DNA from: a virus
Lineage: Duplodnaviria > Heunggongvirae > Uroviricota > Caudoviricetes
Reading direction: 5' to 3' (one strand)
Virus record (IMG/VR): IMGVR_UViG_3300031758_000005
DNA: 56,411 nt
This document shows, one piece after another, positions 37,135 to 47,261 of this stretch. The first letter of the stretch is position 1. Each line of letters starts with the position of its first letter. The notes below the pieces were generated by a model that saw only the letters and a program-made list of their open reading frames with translations, was not told the DNA's origin and made no database searches. A program made the position numbers and the translations under genes.

Positions 37135-38333
37135 AACAATTTTTTATTGTACCACTCGTCTTTTATTTCTATTAACTGCTTACTATAATCGTTTAACTTA
37201 TTAATAGTAAGTTTAAATATGTCGTATTCAAGTGTTCCTAATTGACCACTGTCTTCCAACATTAATTGAAGCATATTAAAGAATTCAAAACTATCATTCG
37301 ATAATTTAGTACCATCAAATTCGACAATAATATCATTTGTCTTTTGTTCCTCAAATCTCTTCAATTTTTTAGTTAGATTAAACTTGGTATTCTTTTGTTC
37401 AGCTTGAATATATCTTTCATATGGAACATCTGTGTAGATTGTGTCACACCAAGGTTCCAATAGTGCTAATCTGTATTCATCGCAGTTACGTACAACAAAA
37501 CCCACATCATAACGTTTAGGTACAATTGGCTTCATAGTATCATTGTGTTTAACAAAGTGTCCCCATTTACGAATGAAATTTCTGGCACTGCGATTGTTTT
37601 GTTGTAGCCATTCGTCACTTTCTTTTCCAACAGTAGTTAATGTAGGATTGTATCTACTACCTCTACAAGTCATATGATACACACATCCTTCCCACGTTTG
37701 AACAAATTTATATCCATTTGACAAGAATCTATTGAAGATATCACTGTCTTCCTTGCTTTGTGGTGCGTATAGATCGTCGTGACCTCCAATAGATTGGAAA
37801 TCCTTCTTATAAAGGGCCCATGGCGCAAAGATTCCTTCTGTGGTTTTATCTTTTCTTGTCAGACGGGTATCATTGAACCATTTCAATAAACCAGCTTCAT
37901 TAAATTCTTCTGGCTCGGTGCCAAACGCTTGTACGATCTTTTCTGGTCCTGGAGGATGTAGAGGTGGTTCAATTCGGGTAAGACTAACAATAGTACCTGG
38001 TTGAATATACTTTTCTACATATTTGTCGAAGTTGGGACAAGCATACATATCTGCGTGGTAGATCATTACCACATCATTGGTAGCAACTTCGTTTATAAGA
38101 CGATCATATAAAATTGTATGACCCAATCTGGTCGGACCTTCGTTGCGGATAAATTTGAAGTGCGGATCTTTTTGTGATGTTTCTTTGCACCATTCCAATG
38201 TACCGTCATTACTGAAGTCGTCTGCAACACAGATTTCATGTTCTTTGTGACTTAAATTTTTACGAATAGCTTCGTAACTCCATTTAAGATATTTTAGGTT
38301 GTTTCTGCTTGGTTGAATAAAACTAATTTTCAT
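37131..38333 (-). CDS. GT2-family glycosyltransferase
   Basis: ISFIQPSRN, ADDFSNDGT, HADM, GGHD..Y...EDSD. Confidence 0.85.
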   Translation of the reverse strand: MKISFIQPSRNNLKYLKWSYEAIRKNLSHKEHEICVADDFSNDGTLEWCKETSQKDPHFKFIRNEGPTRLGHTILYDRLINEVATNDVVMIYHADMYACPNFDKYVEKYIQPGTIVSLTRIEPPLHPPGPEKIVQAFGTEPEEFNEAGLLKWFNDTRLTRKDKTTEGIFAPWALYKKDFQSIGGHDDLYAPQSKEDSDIFNRFLSNGYKFVQTWEGCVYHMTCRGSRYNPTLTTVGKESDEWLQQNNRSARNFIRKWGHFVKHNDTMKPIVPKRYDVGFVVRNCDEYRLALLEPWCDTIYTDVPYERYIQAEQKNTKFNLTKKLKRFEEQKTNDIIVEFDGTKLSNDSFEFFNMLQLMLEDSGQLGTLEYDIFKLTINKLNDYSKQLIEIKDEWYNKKLL

Positions 38334-38335
38334 AT

Positions 38336-39280
38336 TTAAAACTGTATTTTTACTTGTTCCATCAATTGACTATAATCGTGAATTCCTGTTTTCACAACAC
38401 TATTGTCTATTACAGGAATGATGTTAGCATTTGATAGCTTACGAAAATAACTATTAGGACCAAAGTAATTAGGGCGCAATTCTTTTCCCTTGTGTATATA
38501 ACTAATAACAGTGCCACCGAAAAGTGATGATAATATTGAGTTTCCGCCACAAACTGTAACAAATCTACTACAATTTGCCATTATTTTTAATTGTGTTTCA
38601 TTGTAACTATACTTTGATTCTTTAACCAAATCATCTATCAATATCACATTGTCAAAGTACTTACATAGTTCAAAATCTGTTATAACACCTATTCCATCCA
38701 CATTAGCAGTAATATCGTGATAACCTTGTTCCAATGAATTATACTCATTTTGATCTATAGTAAATTCTTTTTCTTTATTAGTAGCTCTCTTGTATATTAC
38801 AGTATATCCCTTTTCTCTAAAATAATCAAATAGCTCATACAAACAAGGAATGTTAAAATAACCCAATGGAATTTCACCGTGTTCCATATTATACTTATTG
38901 GTGATAAATACTACGGGTTTATCAAATTTATATTCGTCATTTTTATAATATTCTTTGAATGGCGGACACACCCACTTACTATAATCCAATACACCATTGA
39001 CCTGTTCTTGTTCTTCGGTTGTTAGATATTGATATTCTTTGCCTGTCACCGCCAATGCATTGTGATGTATCCATTTATTTGGTACATCAACCATTGCAGC
39101 GTCATTATCAATTGTTCTGCTTTTAAATTCTTCTTTAACGTTATCGCAGAAGAAATAGTAAGGTTTCATTCCTTTACTGGTAACTACACCGTCTAATTGA
39201 TTATTTTGATGTAACCAGTATGCAAATGGTATTGCTAGAGCAAGCTCGATACCAAATTCAGGATTTACTTTGAGTATCAT
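38336..39280 (-). CDS. Hypothetical protein, possibly glycosyltransferase-like
   Basis: EFG.EL...P, FVTVCGGNS..S; lies within the glycan operon. Confidence 0.5.
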   Translation of the reverse strand: MILKVNPEFGIELALAIPFAYWLHQNNQLDGVVTSKGMKPYYFFCDNVKEEFKSRTIDNDAAMVDVPNKWIHHNALAVTGKEYQYLTTEEQEQVNGVLDYSKWVCPPFKEYYKNDEYKFDKPVVFITNKYNMEHGEIPLGYFNIPCLYELFDYFREKGYTVIYKRATNKEKEFTIDQNEYNSLEQGYHDITANVDGIGVITDFELCKYFDNVILIDDLVKESKYSYNETQLKIMANCSRFVTVCGGNSILSSLFGGTVISYIHKGKELRPNYFGPNSYFRKLSNANIIPVIDNSVVKTGIHDYSQLMEQVKIQF

Positions 39281-39282
39281 AA

Positions 39283-39933
39283 TTAATTTACCATTTTGAG
39301 TATTTTGAAAGCTTCTGCATACTTAGATTGACCTTGTATACCTCTAAATCTTGCTAATATCTCTAAATTAGATTTTACATTTAACCCAACTTTTTCATAC
39401 TTTAATATTTGGCTTTTATGACACATTGACGCTTCAATTTTTTTATCAAATGAATTATCTATTTTTTCGTAATAATTAATATCCATTTGATTTTCTGTCA
39501 TTCTTGAAATTGGTATTTGTTCATAACAAAATACATTCGGAACATATCGAGCAGCTGCCATTGTGGTCTTGAATGTTGAAATATGATCTTGATTTGCATC
39601 ACCAGCCCAATGTGTGTAGATTGTATCTACTTTATGTTTTTTGATTAAACTCTCAAGTTTACTTACTGACTCAAAACTAAATGGTACGTGTAAATCTTTG
39701 AAAGGTAAAAACTCTACATCGTCACATTGTAATACTTTAGCCGCATTAATAGTTTCCAATCTATTTTCTTCAGCTGTTCTCAATAATATTCCATTGGTAC
39801 CGTCTACAGATTCTGTATTGGTCATACACACGTATACTACATAATCGCCTTTTAATTTGTGGTTATATAGTGTACCACCACAGCCAAATTCAATATCATC
39901 AGGATGAGCTCCTATTGCCATTACACGTTTCAT
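39283..39933 (-). CDS. PIG-L/LmbE-family deacetylase
   Basis: AIGAHPDDIEFGCGGT, THW..D..QDH, H.SQ, AEAF. Confidence 0.9.
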   Translation of the reverse strand: MKRVMAIGAHPDDIEFGCGGTLYNHKLKGDYVVYVCMTNTESVDGTNGILLRTAEENRLETINAAKVLQCDDVEFLPFKDLHVPFSFESVSKLESLIKKHKVDTIYTHWAGDANQDHISTFKTTMAAARYVPNVFCYEQIPISRMTENQMDINYYEKIDNSFDKKIEASMCHKSQILKYEKVGLNVKSNLEILARFRGIQGQSKYAEAFKILKMVN

Positions 39934-39934
39934 A

Positions 39935-40624
39935 TCAACTTAAAATTATATTTTTGCTATTTGTACCTTCATTGAACAATAAATCTATTATACACATATA
40001 TGGTTTGAAGTCACCATATAACTGTGTGTATTTAGGGTGATTATAATGTTGCCATATCAATTCTATGTTATTATCCTTAAATTCTTGTTCATTAATGTAT
40101 CTCATAGAACCGGGTCCGGTACCAGAAATGTATTTTGTAGCATTTAATTTTTTTAATAGATACATTATACGATCTCCGCCAGAAACCTCATTGGGACATA
40201 TTTCCGAGCAAAATACAACTTGCGTTTTAATATCCATTACATTTAAGAAATATTTAATTAAAGCACTGTTTAAATCTGACAATGTTTTATGATTGACTTT
40301 AAGAATTGATTCTAGATCGCCATAATAAACATTAAAGTATTTTGACTTTTTATAGAAGTTTTTAATCAAATTTAAATGGTTATCATTCCATCCGTTGTGG
40401 TTGATTTCAATTTCATTAAAGTTCTTCAATTCACTTTTTCCATTTAATGGAACGGTTAACCATTTGGGTTCGCCGTCTGTCTTAATTAAATTTCTATGAC
40501 CAAAGTGCTGTTTACCTCGGGGAAATTGTACATTATCAAAAATAACAAAGATATCGCTTCTAGCTATTTTATCAAAAAACCCCATCCAAGGTAAGTAATT
40601 TGGCTGATGAATGCTTATGATCAT
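39935..40624 (-). CDS. WbqC-family protein
   Basis: IHQPNYLPWMGFFDKI...D.FV.FD.VQF, WLTVP, YISG.G, Y.Q....F.P...IIDLLFN.G. Confidence 0.9.
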   Translation of the reverse strand: MIISIHQPNYLPWMGFFDKIARSDIFVIFDNVQFPRGKQHFGHRNLIKTDGEPKWLTVPLNGKSELKNFNEIEINHNGWNDNHLNLIKNFYKKSKYFNVYYGDLESILKVNHKTLSDLNSALIKYFLNVMDIKTQVVFCSEICPNEVSGGDRIMYLLKKLNATKYISGTGPGSMRYINEQEFKDNNIELIWQHYNHPKYTQLYGDFKPYMCIIDLLFNEGTNSKNIILS

Positions 40625-41763
40625 ACAATTTTATTGATTACATCCGCAACATAGTCAGCTTGATCCATAGTCATTTCTACGTACATAGGGATGGACAAAT
40701 GTCGAGATAACAATCCATCTGCTGATTGATAAGACTGATTTACAGTGTATGGTTCAAATACTTTTTGTTGGTGACAAGCTGGCCAATAAGCATTTGCTGT
40801 GGGTATGTTATATTCCAAGAATAGTTTTTTACAAATTTCAGATCTTTCATTCAAAGTTGTAGATCTTGGCAATTCTATAATATAGTGCCACCAAGTATTG
40901 GTTATATTATCTGGAACATCAATAAATTTAATCTTGGGATTTGTAATTTTTTCTCTGTATCTTTTTGCTATAATATTTCTTTTCTCAACAAATTCGTTAA
41001 CTCGTTTCAACTGACTGATACCAAGAGCCGCAACCATTTCTGTCATTTTATAGTTGGATGATATAAATTCACAACTTACACCAAAATCTACACCGTTTAC
41101 TGGGGTTGGATTTCTAACAGCTCCGTGATTTCTCAATGTCTTGCAAGTTTCTGCAAATTTTTCATCATTGGTAGTAATTATTCCACCTTCACCTGTAGTT
41201 ATGATCTTAGTAGCAAATAATGAAAAACACCCTGCGTATCCTAAGTTTCCAGTGTGAAGGTTATCAATAGTAGCTCCTACTGCGTGAGAAGCATCTTCAA
41301 ACAATAGTAGACCGTGTTTGTCACATAGTTTTTTAATGTTATAATAGTCAGGAGTAATATATCCCGCCATATGAACCAACATTACACCGGCTACATCTTT
41401 GTCCAAACTTCTTTCGATTACATCTGCACTTAAACAATGAGTATTTTCATCAATATCTACGATTACTGGAATATTGTTGGAACGAACAATTGCACTTACA
41501 CTTGCTATAAATGTTTGAGTTGGAACAATAATCTTTTTGCCAACCAAACCAGATGCTCTAAGTGCTACTTCCAAACAAGTTCCGCCGGAACAAGTTGCAA
41601 CTGCATATTTTGTTCCACAATACTTTGCGAACAAGTTTTCAAATTCGGACACATACTTTGACTGAACTAGGGACTCTGTATTTAGAATATCAGCAACTCT
41701 ATCCAAGATTTCTTTGTGGTCTTCTTTGGGAATATAAGGCTTTGTTCTTGATAATTTATTCAT
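40621..41763 (-). CDS. DegT/DnrJ/EryC1/StrS PLP-dependent sugar aminotransferase
   Basis: FE..FA.YCG, EDASHA.GA, SLFATKIITTGEGG, NYKMTE. Confidence 0.92.
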   Translation of the reverse strand: MNKLSRTKPYIPKEDHKEILDRVADILNTESLVQSKYVSEFENLFAKYCGTKYAVATCSGGTCLEVALRASGLVGKKIIVPTQTFIASVSAIVRSNNIPVIVDIDENTHCLSADVIERSLDKDVAGVMLVHMAGYITPDYYNIKKLCDKHGLLLFEDASHAVGATIDNLHTGNLGYAGCFSLFATKIITTGEGGIITTNDEKFAETCKTLRNHGAVRNPTPVNGVDFGVSCEFISSNYKMTEMVAALGISQLKRVNEFVEKRNIIAKRYREKITNPKIKFIDVPDNITNTWWHYIIELPRSTTLNERSEICKKLFLEYNIPTANAYWPACHQQKVFEPYTVNQSYQSADGLLSRHLSIPMYVEMTMDQADYVADVINKIV

Positions 41764-42575
41764 AACGTATTTTTAATATAATCGAGAAATTCAGGTAGAT
41801 TCTGTTTGGTACTACTAAACTTTCTTCCTAATTTTAAAGGAGATAACAATAGATGTTCATCGATAAACGGAGAACTGGTACCATTTTCAATAACATTTGC
41901 TTTTTTATTTAAAAACATACTTATTTCTTCAATAAGAGTTTTGGCACTATAAACATCTTCGTTTACAATATTATAACTGTCTTTAGTATTATATTTGTTA
42001 GTAGTAGACATATCCACCAATGTATTAACAATATCATTGACCCATATAAAACTCAATAATTTATTTCCAGATCCAGCAACGTCTACTGGTCTATTATTGA
42101 TTATGTTTCTGATATAGTAACTTATTCTGGGTCTTGGACAATCGTGACCAACAATATATGGCGGTCTAATAATCATATAGTTAGTATCTATTTGTTTAAC
42201 TATATTTTCACAATCTGCCTTTTCCACGCCATAATCGCCAAAGCCAGACAAACCACCAATAGGCATATCTTCGTTATACGACAAACAATTTGCATCTTTA
42301 TACGCAGCTGCGCTACTGATAAAGATATATTTTTGGTTGGGTTTTAACCAATTTTTAAGATGTTGTGCTTGAGATGGTTTAAAAAGACAAAAGTCTAAAA
42401 TGACGTTATAATCATTTTCAATTGTCAATGGTTCATTGCGATCCCATTTAATTACTTTAACTTTATCGGGACCAGTTCCAGATCTGTTGAGTACACTTAC
42501 ACTGGCTAATTTACTTAGTTCATATGCGACTTTTTTGCCAACAAATCGGTTACCGCCTATAACTAATATTTTCAT
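41760..42575 (-). CDS. NAD-dependent epimerase/dehydratase (SDR)
   Basis: GGNRFVG, FISS.AAY, YG..K..CE. Confidence 0.8.
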   Translation of the reverse strand: MKILVIGGNRFVGKKVAYELSKLASVSVLNRSGTGPDKVKVIKWDRNEPLTIENDYNVILDFCLFKPSQAQHLKNWLKPNQKYIFISSAAAYKDANCLSYNEDMPIGGLSGFGDYGVEKADCENIVKQIDTNYMIIRPPYIVGHDCPRPRISYYIRNIINNRPVDVAGSGNKLLSFIWVNDIVNTLVDMSTTNKYNTKDSYNIVNEDVYSAKTLIEEISMFLNKKANVIENGTSSPFIDEHLLLSPLKLGRKFSSTKQNLPEFLDYIKNTL

Positions 42576-43438
42576 TAGATAAGTTGTTTAATTTCTTCAA
42601 TAGTATATTGATCAACTTCATTGCTATATGGACCGTTTTCGAGAATTTTTTCGTGTTTATTTTCGCCAGGTTGTAGTCCAATAACTTTTACATTTGGTCT
42701 GGTATTAGATGGAGCATACTTTTGAATGAGTGCTTCTAGTAGATTTCCTATGCTCATTCCTTTCATAGATGGAACATAAGGAGTGGAATCTGTACAATTT
42801 TCCAAACAGTTATAAATTAAATCAATCGCTTGATCAACTGTCCAAAAGAATCTAGTAGCATCTGGCTCGGTAACAATCAAGTCTTTGCCCTCACTGATTA
42901 AATCTCTCCATTTGCATAAAACGGATCCTGTTGAGTATAACACGTTACCATAACGAACTATACGATAATCTGTATTTGGATTGAGTTGTTCAAATTGTTT
43001 AAACAATCTTTCCATCAATAGTTTAGAAGCCCCATATACACCAGCTACTTGAGCTGCTTTGTCAGTGCTAATACCAATTACGAATTCTAATTTATGGTTA
43101 AGAGACTCTTCCAAAATGTACAACGATCCTAGTGTATTTGATTTGATACATTCACGTACTTGTTTTTCCGCAATGCCAATGTGTTTGGATGCGGCCAAAT
43201 GAAATACACCATTAACATTTTGCATAGCTTGACGAACTTCAAATGGATCTGAAACGTCACCTGTTAAGATCTCAATCGAAGGAAAAGATTGTTTTAGATC
43301 AATCAATTTGCCCTCGTCTCTAGATAAAACACGGACTTTTGCTCCATCGTTTAAAAGACGTTTAACAAGTGGTTTACCTAAAAATCCACTGCCACCTGTG
43401 ACTAAAAATGTTTTGTTTGTGAAGTTATATTTTCTCAT
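42575..43438 (-). CDS. UDP-sugar 4,6-dehydratase (PseB/CapD-like)
   Basis: TGGSGFLG, SRDE.K, HLAASKH, ISTDKA, YGASK, RYGNV.YSTGSV, TRF, G.QPGE.KHE. Confidence 0.9.
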   Translation of the reverse strand: MRKYNFTNKTFLVTGGSGFLGKPLVKRLLNDGAKVRVLSRDEGKLIDLKQSFPSIEILTGDVSDPFEVRQAMQNVNGVFHLAASKHIGIAEKQVRECIKSNTLGSLYILEESLNHKLEFVIGISTDKAAQVAGVYGASKLLMERLFKQFEQLNPNTDYRIVRYGNVLYSTGSVLCKWRDLISEGKDLIVTEPDATRFFWTVDQAIDLIYNCLENCTDSTPYVPSMKGMSIGNLLEALIQKYAPSNTRPNVKVIGLQPGENKHEKILENGPYSNEVDQYTIEEIKQLI

Positions 43439-43479
43439 ACTCTATTATAGATACTATCAAACCAAGTTTTAAATTTTTT

Positions 43480-44037
43480 TTAATTGTTAGATTTTATAAC
43501 TCCTGTTTTTTCATCATCTTCCAAAACAAATGCTGGTCTTCCAACTTTTTCAGATACCTTTTTGATCAATTCCATTTCCGCTTGTCTGTTTAAATCGTGA
43601 AAGACCATATGAGCTTCGGTATTAAATAAATTTAGGTGTGTATAAAATCCACCTCTGCCATAGTTTCCATTTGGTCCGTCAATAATAATTAAATCATATT
43701 TGGGTATCAATTTTAATACACTAGATAGTTTATCTGGATCATACCAAGCAACTTGTTTTTCATAAAATGGAAGACACGATATATCTTGTGGCGTTTTAAA
43801 ATCGGTATCATTATATTGTTTCAATGGCACGTGGTATGCATTGGGATGATTTAACCAATTCATATTATGTTCTATTGAATATACATCATACCAGTTTAAT
43901 AATAATTTCGAAGTAACTCCACATCCAAATTCTAAAATAGACGAGTTTATAGGCAATAATGATCTTATAAGATCAACAGCTTTTTCTCCAATTGAACCTT
44001 TAATCAGAGTTGGATATTTATTACTTATTTGTTGCAT
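43480..44037 (-). CDS. Class I SAM methyltransferase-like protein
   Basis: ILEFGCG, YSIEH, YDLIIIDGP, FHD; start moved to 44037. Confidence 0.7.
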   Translation of the reverse strand: MQQISNKYPTLIKGSIGEKAVDLIRSLLPINSSILEFGCGVTSKLLLNWYDVYSIEHNMNWLNHPNAYHVPLKQYNDTDFKTPQDISCLPFYEKQVAWYDPDKLSSVLKLIPKYDLIIIDGPNGNYGRGGFYTHLNLFNTEAHMVFHDLNRQAEMELIKKVSEKVGRPAFVLEDDEKTGVIKSNN

Positions 44038-44776
44038 ATAATTTATTAAATGTGGTTTCCATCCAATACATAGTTTTGGAGTTATCGCCATTATTTGGTA
44101 TAGCATTAAAATGGAATATATAACCCATATCCAAATAGGGCATATTTTCATTTAGTGCTTCTCTACGATATAAATCTTGCATATTATATTCATATGGTAA
44201 AAATTTCATATTGATATTTTCAATTTGACACATAAAGTTCAACACTGGTTGATCGGTACCTGTGAAAAATGTTTCTTGCATTTTTACCAAATTGTCTTTA
44301 TTTGCGAAATAGAAGTCTTTAACTTTGTTGAAAAAGTCTTTGTGGTTTTTATTTAAAATTAATACCCCAGAGTTAAAGTACTTGGTTATATCGAATTCGT
44401 AATTGCCAAATATGTATTTTTTGTAATTTTCAACACTTCTAAATAACCAATCATACGATCCTATATTATTTACTACGCAAAATTTATCTTCCGCAATATC
44501 AAAGAAATTGGGAGCATCTGGATGAACAATAGTATCAGCATCCACGATTAAAATTTTATCTACATCAATATTTGATTGTTCTAACAAATCAAAGATAAAG
44601 ACTTTGTGCCAGTTAGGACGTAGATCGTCATACGGAAGAATTGGCTCATCCAAAACAACTAATTTAGCATTGTGTTTATTGCAATATCGTTTCCAAGATT
44701 CAATTCCAAATTTATATGGAACTGTTCTACCGGGTTTTTTATCGGTAGCAATGTTGATTATATAAACTACATTCAT
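44021..44776 (-). CDS. GT-A (GT8/GT34-like) glycosyltransferase
   Basis: W.K..IF, VDAD, YFNSGV, DQ..LN, HF; start moved to 44776. Confidence 0.8.
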   Translation of the reverse strand: MNVVYIINIATDKKPGRTVPYKFGIESWKRYCNKHNAKLVVLDEPILPYDDLRPNWHKVFIFDLLEQSNIDVDKILIVDADTIVHPDAPNFFDIAEDKFCVVNNIGSYDWLFRSVENYKKYIFGNYEFDITKYFNSGVLILNKNHKDFFNKVKDFYFANKDNLVKMQETFFTGTDQPVLNFMCQIENINMKFLPYEYNMQDLYRREALNENMPYLDMGYIFHFNAIPNNGDNSKTMYWMETTFNKLYATNK

Positions 44777-45537
44777 ACGTAAAGATGCTTTGTTTGTTCC
44801 CAAATGCTTAACATCAATGAACTTCTTTCTTCTATAGAACAGCCTGTAAAATGCCAGATATAAGAGTACTTTATGAAAAAAGGTGTTTGGTCTTCTTTTA
44901 ATTGCCAGTTATATTGTAACCAGTCATTTTTAATTAACCTCATTGTGTTGAATCTAAAATCAAAGTATTTTTTATTAATGTTTTCTTTTTTAAGATATAA
45001 ATTCAATATCGTTTGTTCTTTTCCTGTGTGCGGAACATTCCAATTATCGAATGTAGATTTATTTCTCAAATAAAAGTCTTTGAGCTTATCAAAAAATCCT
45101 TTGTGTGATTTGTTGAAGAATAAAACTCCCCCATTGATATATTCTGATAATTTAATATCTACATCTTTTAATTCTGAAAAACTCGACTTGAATGCTCTTA
45201 GGCTATTATCTATCCAGAATAGATTTTCATTTTCTAGTACTCCACCGAATTCATTTTCGTACAAGTCAAAGAAATTTGGCGCATTCCAATGTACTAATGT
45301 ATCAAAATCAACCAATGCTATTTTGTCATATTTGTCGCCTATAAAGTCAAACACAAATTCTTTATGCCAGACACAGAATTTTACATCTGGTAATTTTTTA
45401 TCTATTACGATAAAATCGATATTGTTTTTTTTGCAATAAGCTTGCCAACATTGTTTTGATACATTGAAATATTTCTGATGATCAAACTTAGAACCTTCGT
45501 CCTGAATTGCTACCATTACTATACAATTTTTATTCAT
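44773..45537 (-). CDS. GT-A (GT8/GT34-like) glycosyltransferase, paralog of its neighbour
   Basis: WHK, VDFD, APNFFD, YINGGV, EQ..LN, HFTG. Confidence 0.8.
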   Translation of the reverse strand: MNKNCIVMVAIQDEGSKFDHQKYFNVSKQCWQAYCKKNNIDFIVIDKKLPDVKFCVWHKEFVFDFIGDKYDKIALVDFDTLVHWNAPNFFDLYENEFGGVLENENLFWIDNSLRAFKSSFSELKDVDIKLSEYINGGVLFFNKSHKGFFDKLKDFYLRNKSTFDNWNVPHTGKEQTILNLYLKKENINKKYFDFRFNTMRLIKNDWLQYNWQLKEDQTPFFIKYSYIWHFTGCSIEERSSLMLSIWEQTKHLYV

Positions 45538-46333
45538 TCAATTTCAACATTTTTTCATTGCTTTCAATAGCGGACTTTAGTATAGACAGATCCATATTAA
45601 CTTTGTCCCCTAGTTTAACCAGAGCCTTAGTATCTTTTGGAAAACATTTGCCACCAAATCCTCGTTCACCTGTGAATACAGCTGTGTGCGATTTTGTTGT
45701 ACGAGGATCCAATAACCACAAGTCTCTAACTTCGTAGTAATTTGTACCGAGTTTTTGACATAGATCATATATCTCATTACAAAAAGCAACTTTCAATGCT
45801 AAATGAGTATTGACCATATACTTTGCCAATTCTGCGTTTATTGGATCGGTGACTCTATAGGTTTTGCTTGGACCCGTAATTGGCGTATAAATTTCAATGA
45901 TTTTATAACAAAGTTCTTTTTTACCACCGAAAATAAAGAAAGGAGTTTGTTTAACATCGTTTGTGAAAGATTCAGGAGTCCAGTGTTTGGATTCACCTGC
46001 AAATTCAGGACTAAATACAATATTCTTTTTAAATTTCTCAATTAATCTATCAGTGGTACCAACTTCAACTGTTGATTTTAAAAGAATTAGAGGAGTTTGA
46101 ATCCAACTTATACTTTCTTCAACGATAGTGGTATTGCAACTACCATCCTCATTTTCTGGGGTAGGAACGCAAACTACTGCTAAATCGCACTTATTAATGT
46201 CATCTTTGGTATTTGATAATTCATACGCAGGATCATATATAAAAACATCATAGTGGTTCTTAAAAAAATTGTAGAATGCTTTACCTACATATCCATTACC
46301 AACAATTCCAATCTTAGTTTTTAATTTGCTCAT
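45530..46333 (-). CDS. UDP-glucose/GDP-mannose dehydrogenase-like protein (short, lacks C-terminal domain)
   Basis: GNGYVG, CVPTP, KSTV..GT, SPEF, AELAKY..N..LA.KV.F.NE, GFGGKCFPKD. Confidence 0.85.
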   Translation of the reverse strand: MSKLKTKIGIVGNGYVGKAFYNFFKNHYDVFIYDPAYELSNTKDDINKCDLAVVCVPTPENEDGSCNTTIVEESISWIQTPLILLKSTVEVGTTDRLIEKFKKNIVFSPEFAGESKHWTPESFTNDVKQTPFFIFGGKKELCYKIIEIYTPITGPSKTYRVTDPINAELAKYMVNTHLALKVAFCNEIYDLCQKLGTNYYEVRDLWLLDPRTTKSHTAVFTGERGFGGKCFPKDTKALVKLGDKVNMDLSILKSAIESNEKMLKLNE

Positions 46334-47261
46334 AAATTGTATTCCAATTACTCAACCATTTTTCTTCTGTATAATATATTTGATATAAATCTCTAGATGA
46401 TGTTGCACAGTGATTATAAAAAGATTTATCGTCTCGTAATTTAATTGCTAATTCGTTTGCTTTTTGAACATCACCTATATTAACGCTTAATTCAGGATGT
46501 AAGGTTTCCTGTGTATCTAATCCTTTATATCCAATGCAAGGTATACCCAGATAAGCACAGTTGAGAGCGAATGTACCGGCGGCGTGTGTACGCATTAAGT
46601 GTATGCCCACATTAAAATTGGCAAGTGTTTTAATCCACTCATTCCACATCAAATATGGTAGATGATGTAAACTTGGAAACTGATCTTCATTTTCTATCTT
46701 ACGACCCATACTTGGAATAAAGATAGGTTTATTAAAGTTTTGTGCTACAAAATAACTATCTACGCCTCCATACCAACTACAAAAGTTACCGCCTATAATA
46801 GGCATACCATTATTTTCACGGGGTATATTTTTAACAATATCTTCTATCATTAACGATTGAAGATTAAAAGTAGGTTTTTTAAATATACCCTTAAAATATG
46901 AAATATCACTTTTATTATGGACCAACAAGAAATCCATCTCACTTAAAAAGTTAATATAATTAACTTGATCTACATATTTGTAATCTTGATAATACCAAGC
47001 CGGGCCTTCTTGCATTACTGCTACTTTTTTACCAATCGATTTACAAACATCTAGTACCAAGTTTGTATCAATAATTTCTAGTTTTTTTGGCAGTATTACA
47101 ATAGCTAGATCATACGTAGGTACTTTATTTTTACATATATAATCAAATGATAGATGATCTGCATTTAACGCAATTTGCCAAGCAAATTCTGTACGGCAGT
47201 TTGAAAAGTTTCGTGGTATTTTACCGATGTGTCCGTTTTGACTGATAAAACAAATATTCAT
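46314..47261 (-). CDS. Putative GT-B glycosyltransferase
   Basis: GTFALNCAYLGIPCIG-type donor-binding region; operon context. Confidence 0.6.
   Translation of the reverse strand: MNICFISQNGHIGKIPRNFSNCRTEFAWQIALNADHLSFDYICKNKVPTYDLAIVILPKKLEIIDTNLVLDVCKSIGKKVAVMQEGPAWYYQDYKYVDQVNYINFLSEMDFLLVHNKSDISYFKGIFKKPTFNLQSLMIEDIVKNIPRENNGMPIIGGNFCSWYGGVDSYFVAQNFNKPIFIPSMGRKIENEDQFPSLHHLPYLMWNEWIKTLANFNVGIHLMRTHAAGTFALNCAYLGIPCIGYKGLDTQETLHPELSVNIGDVQKANELAIKLRDDKSFYNHCATSSRDLYQIYYTEEKWLSNWNTIYEQIKN

Noticed and set aside
17434-44803. Longest-ORF starts at 17434, 24471, 31154, 33697, 34977, 44151 and 44803
   Set aside because: They fall in terminators, promoters or the previous gene; downstream ATGs fit RBS or coupling better.
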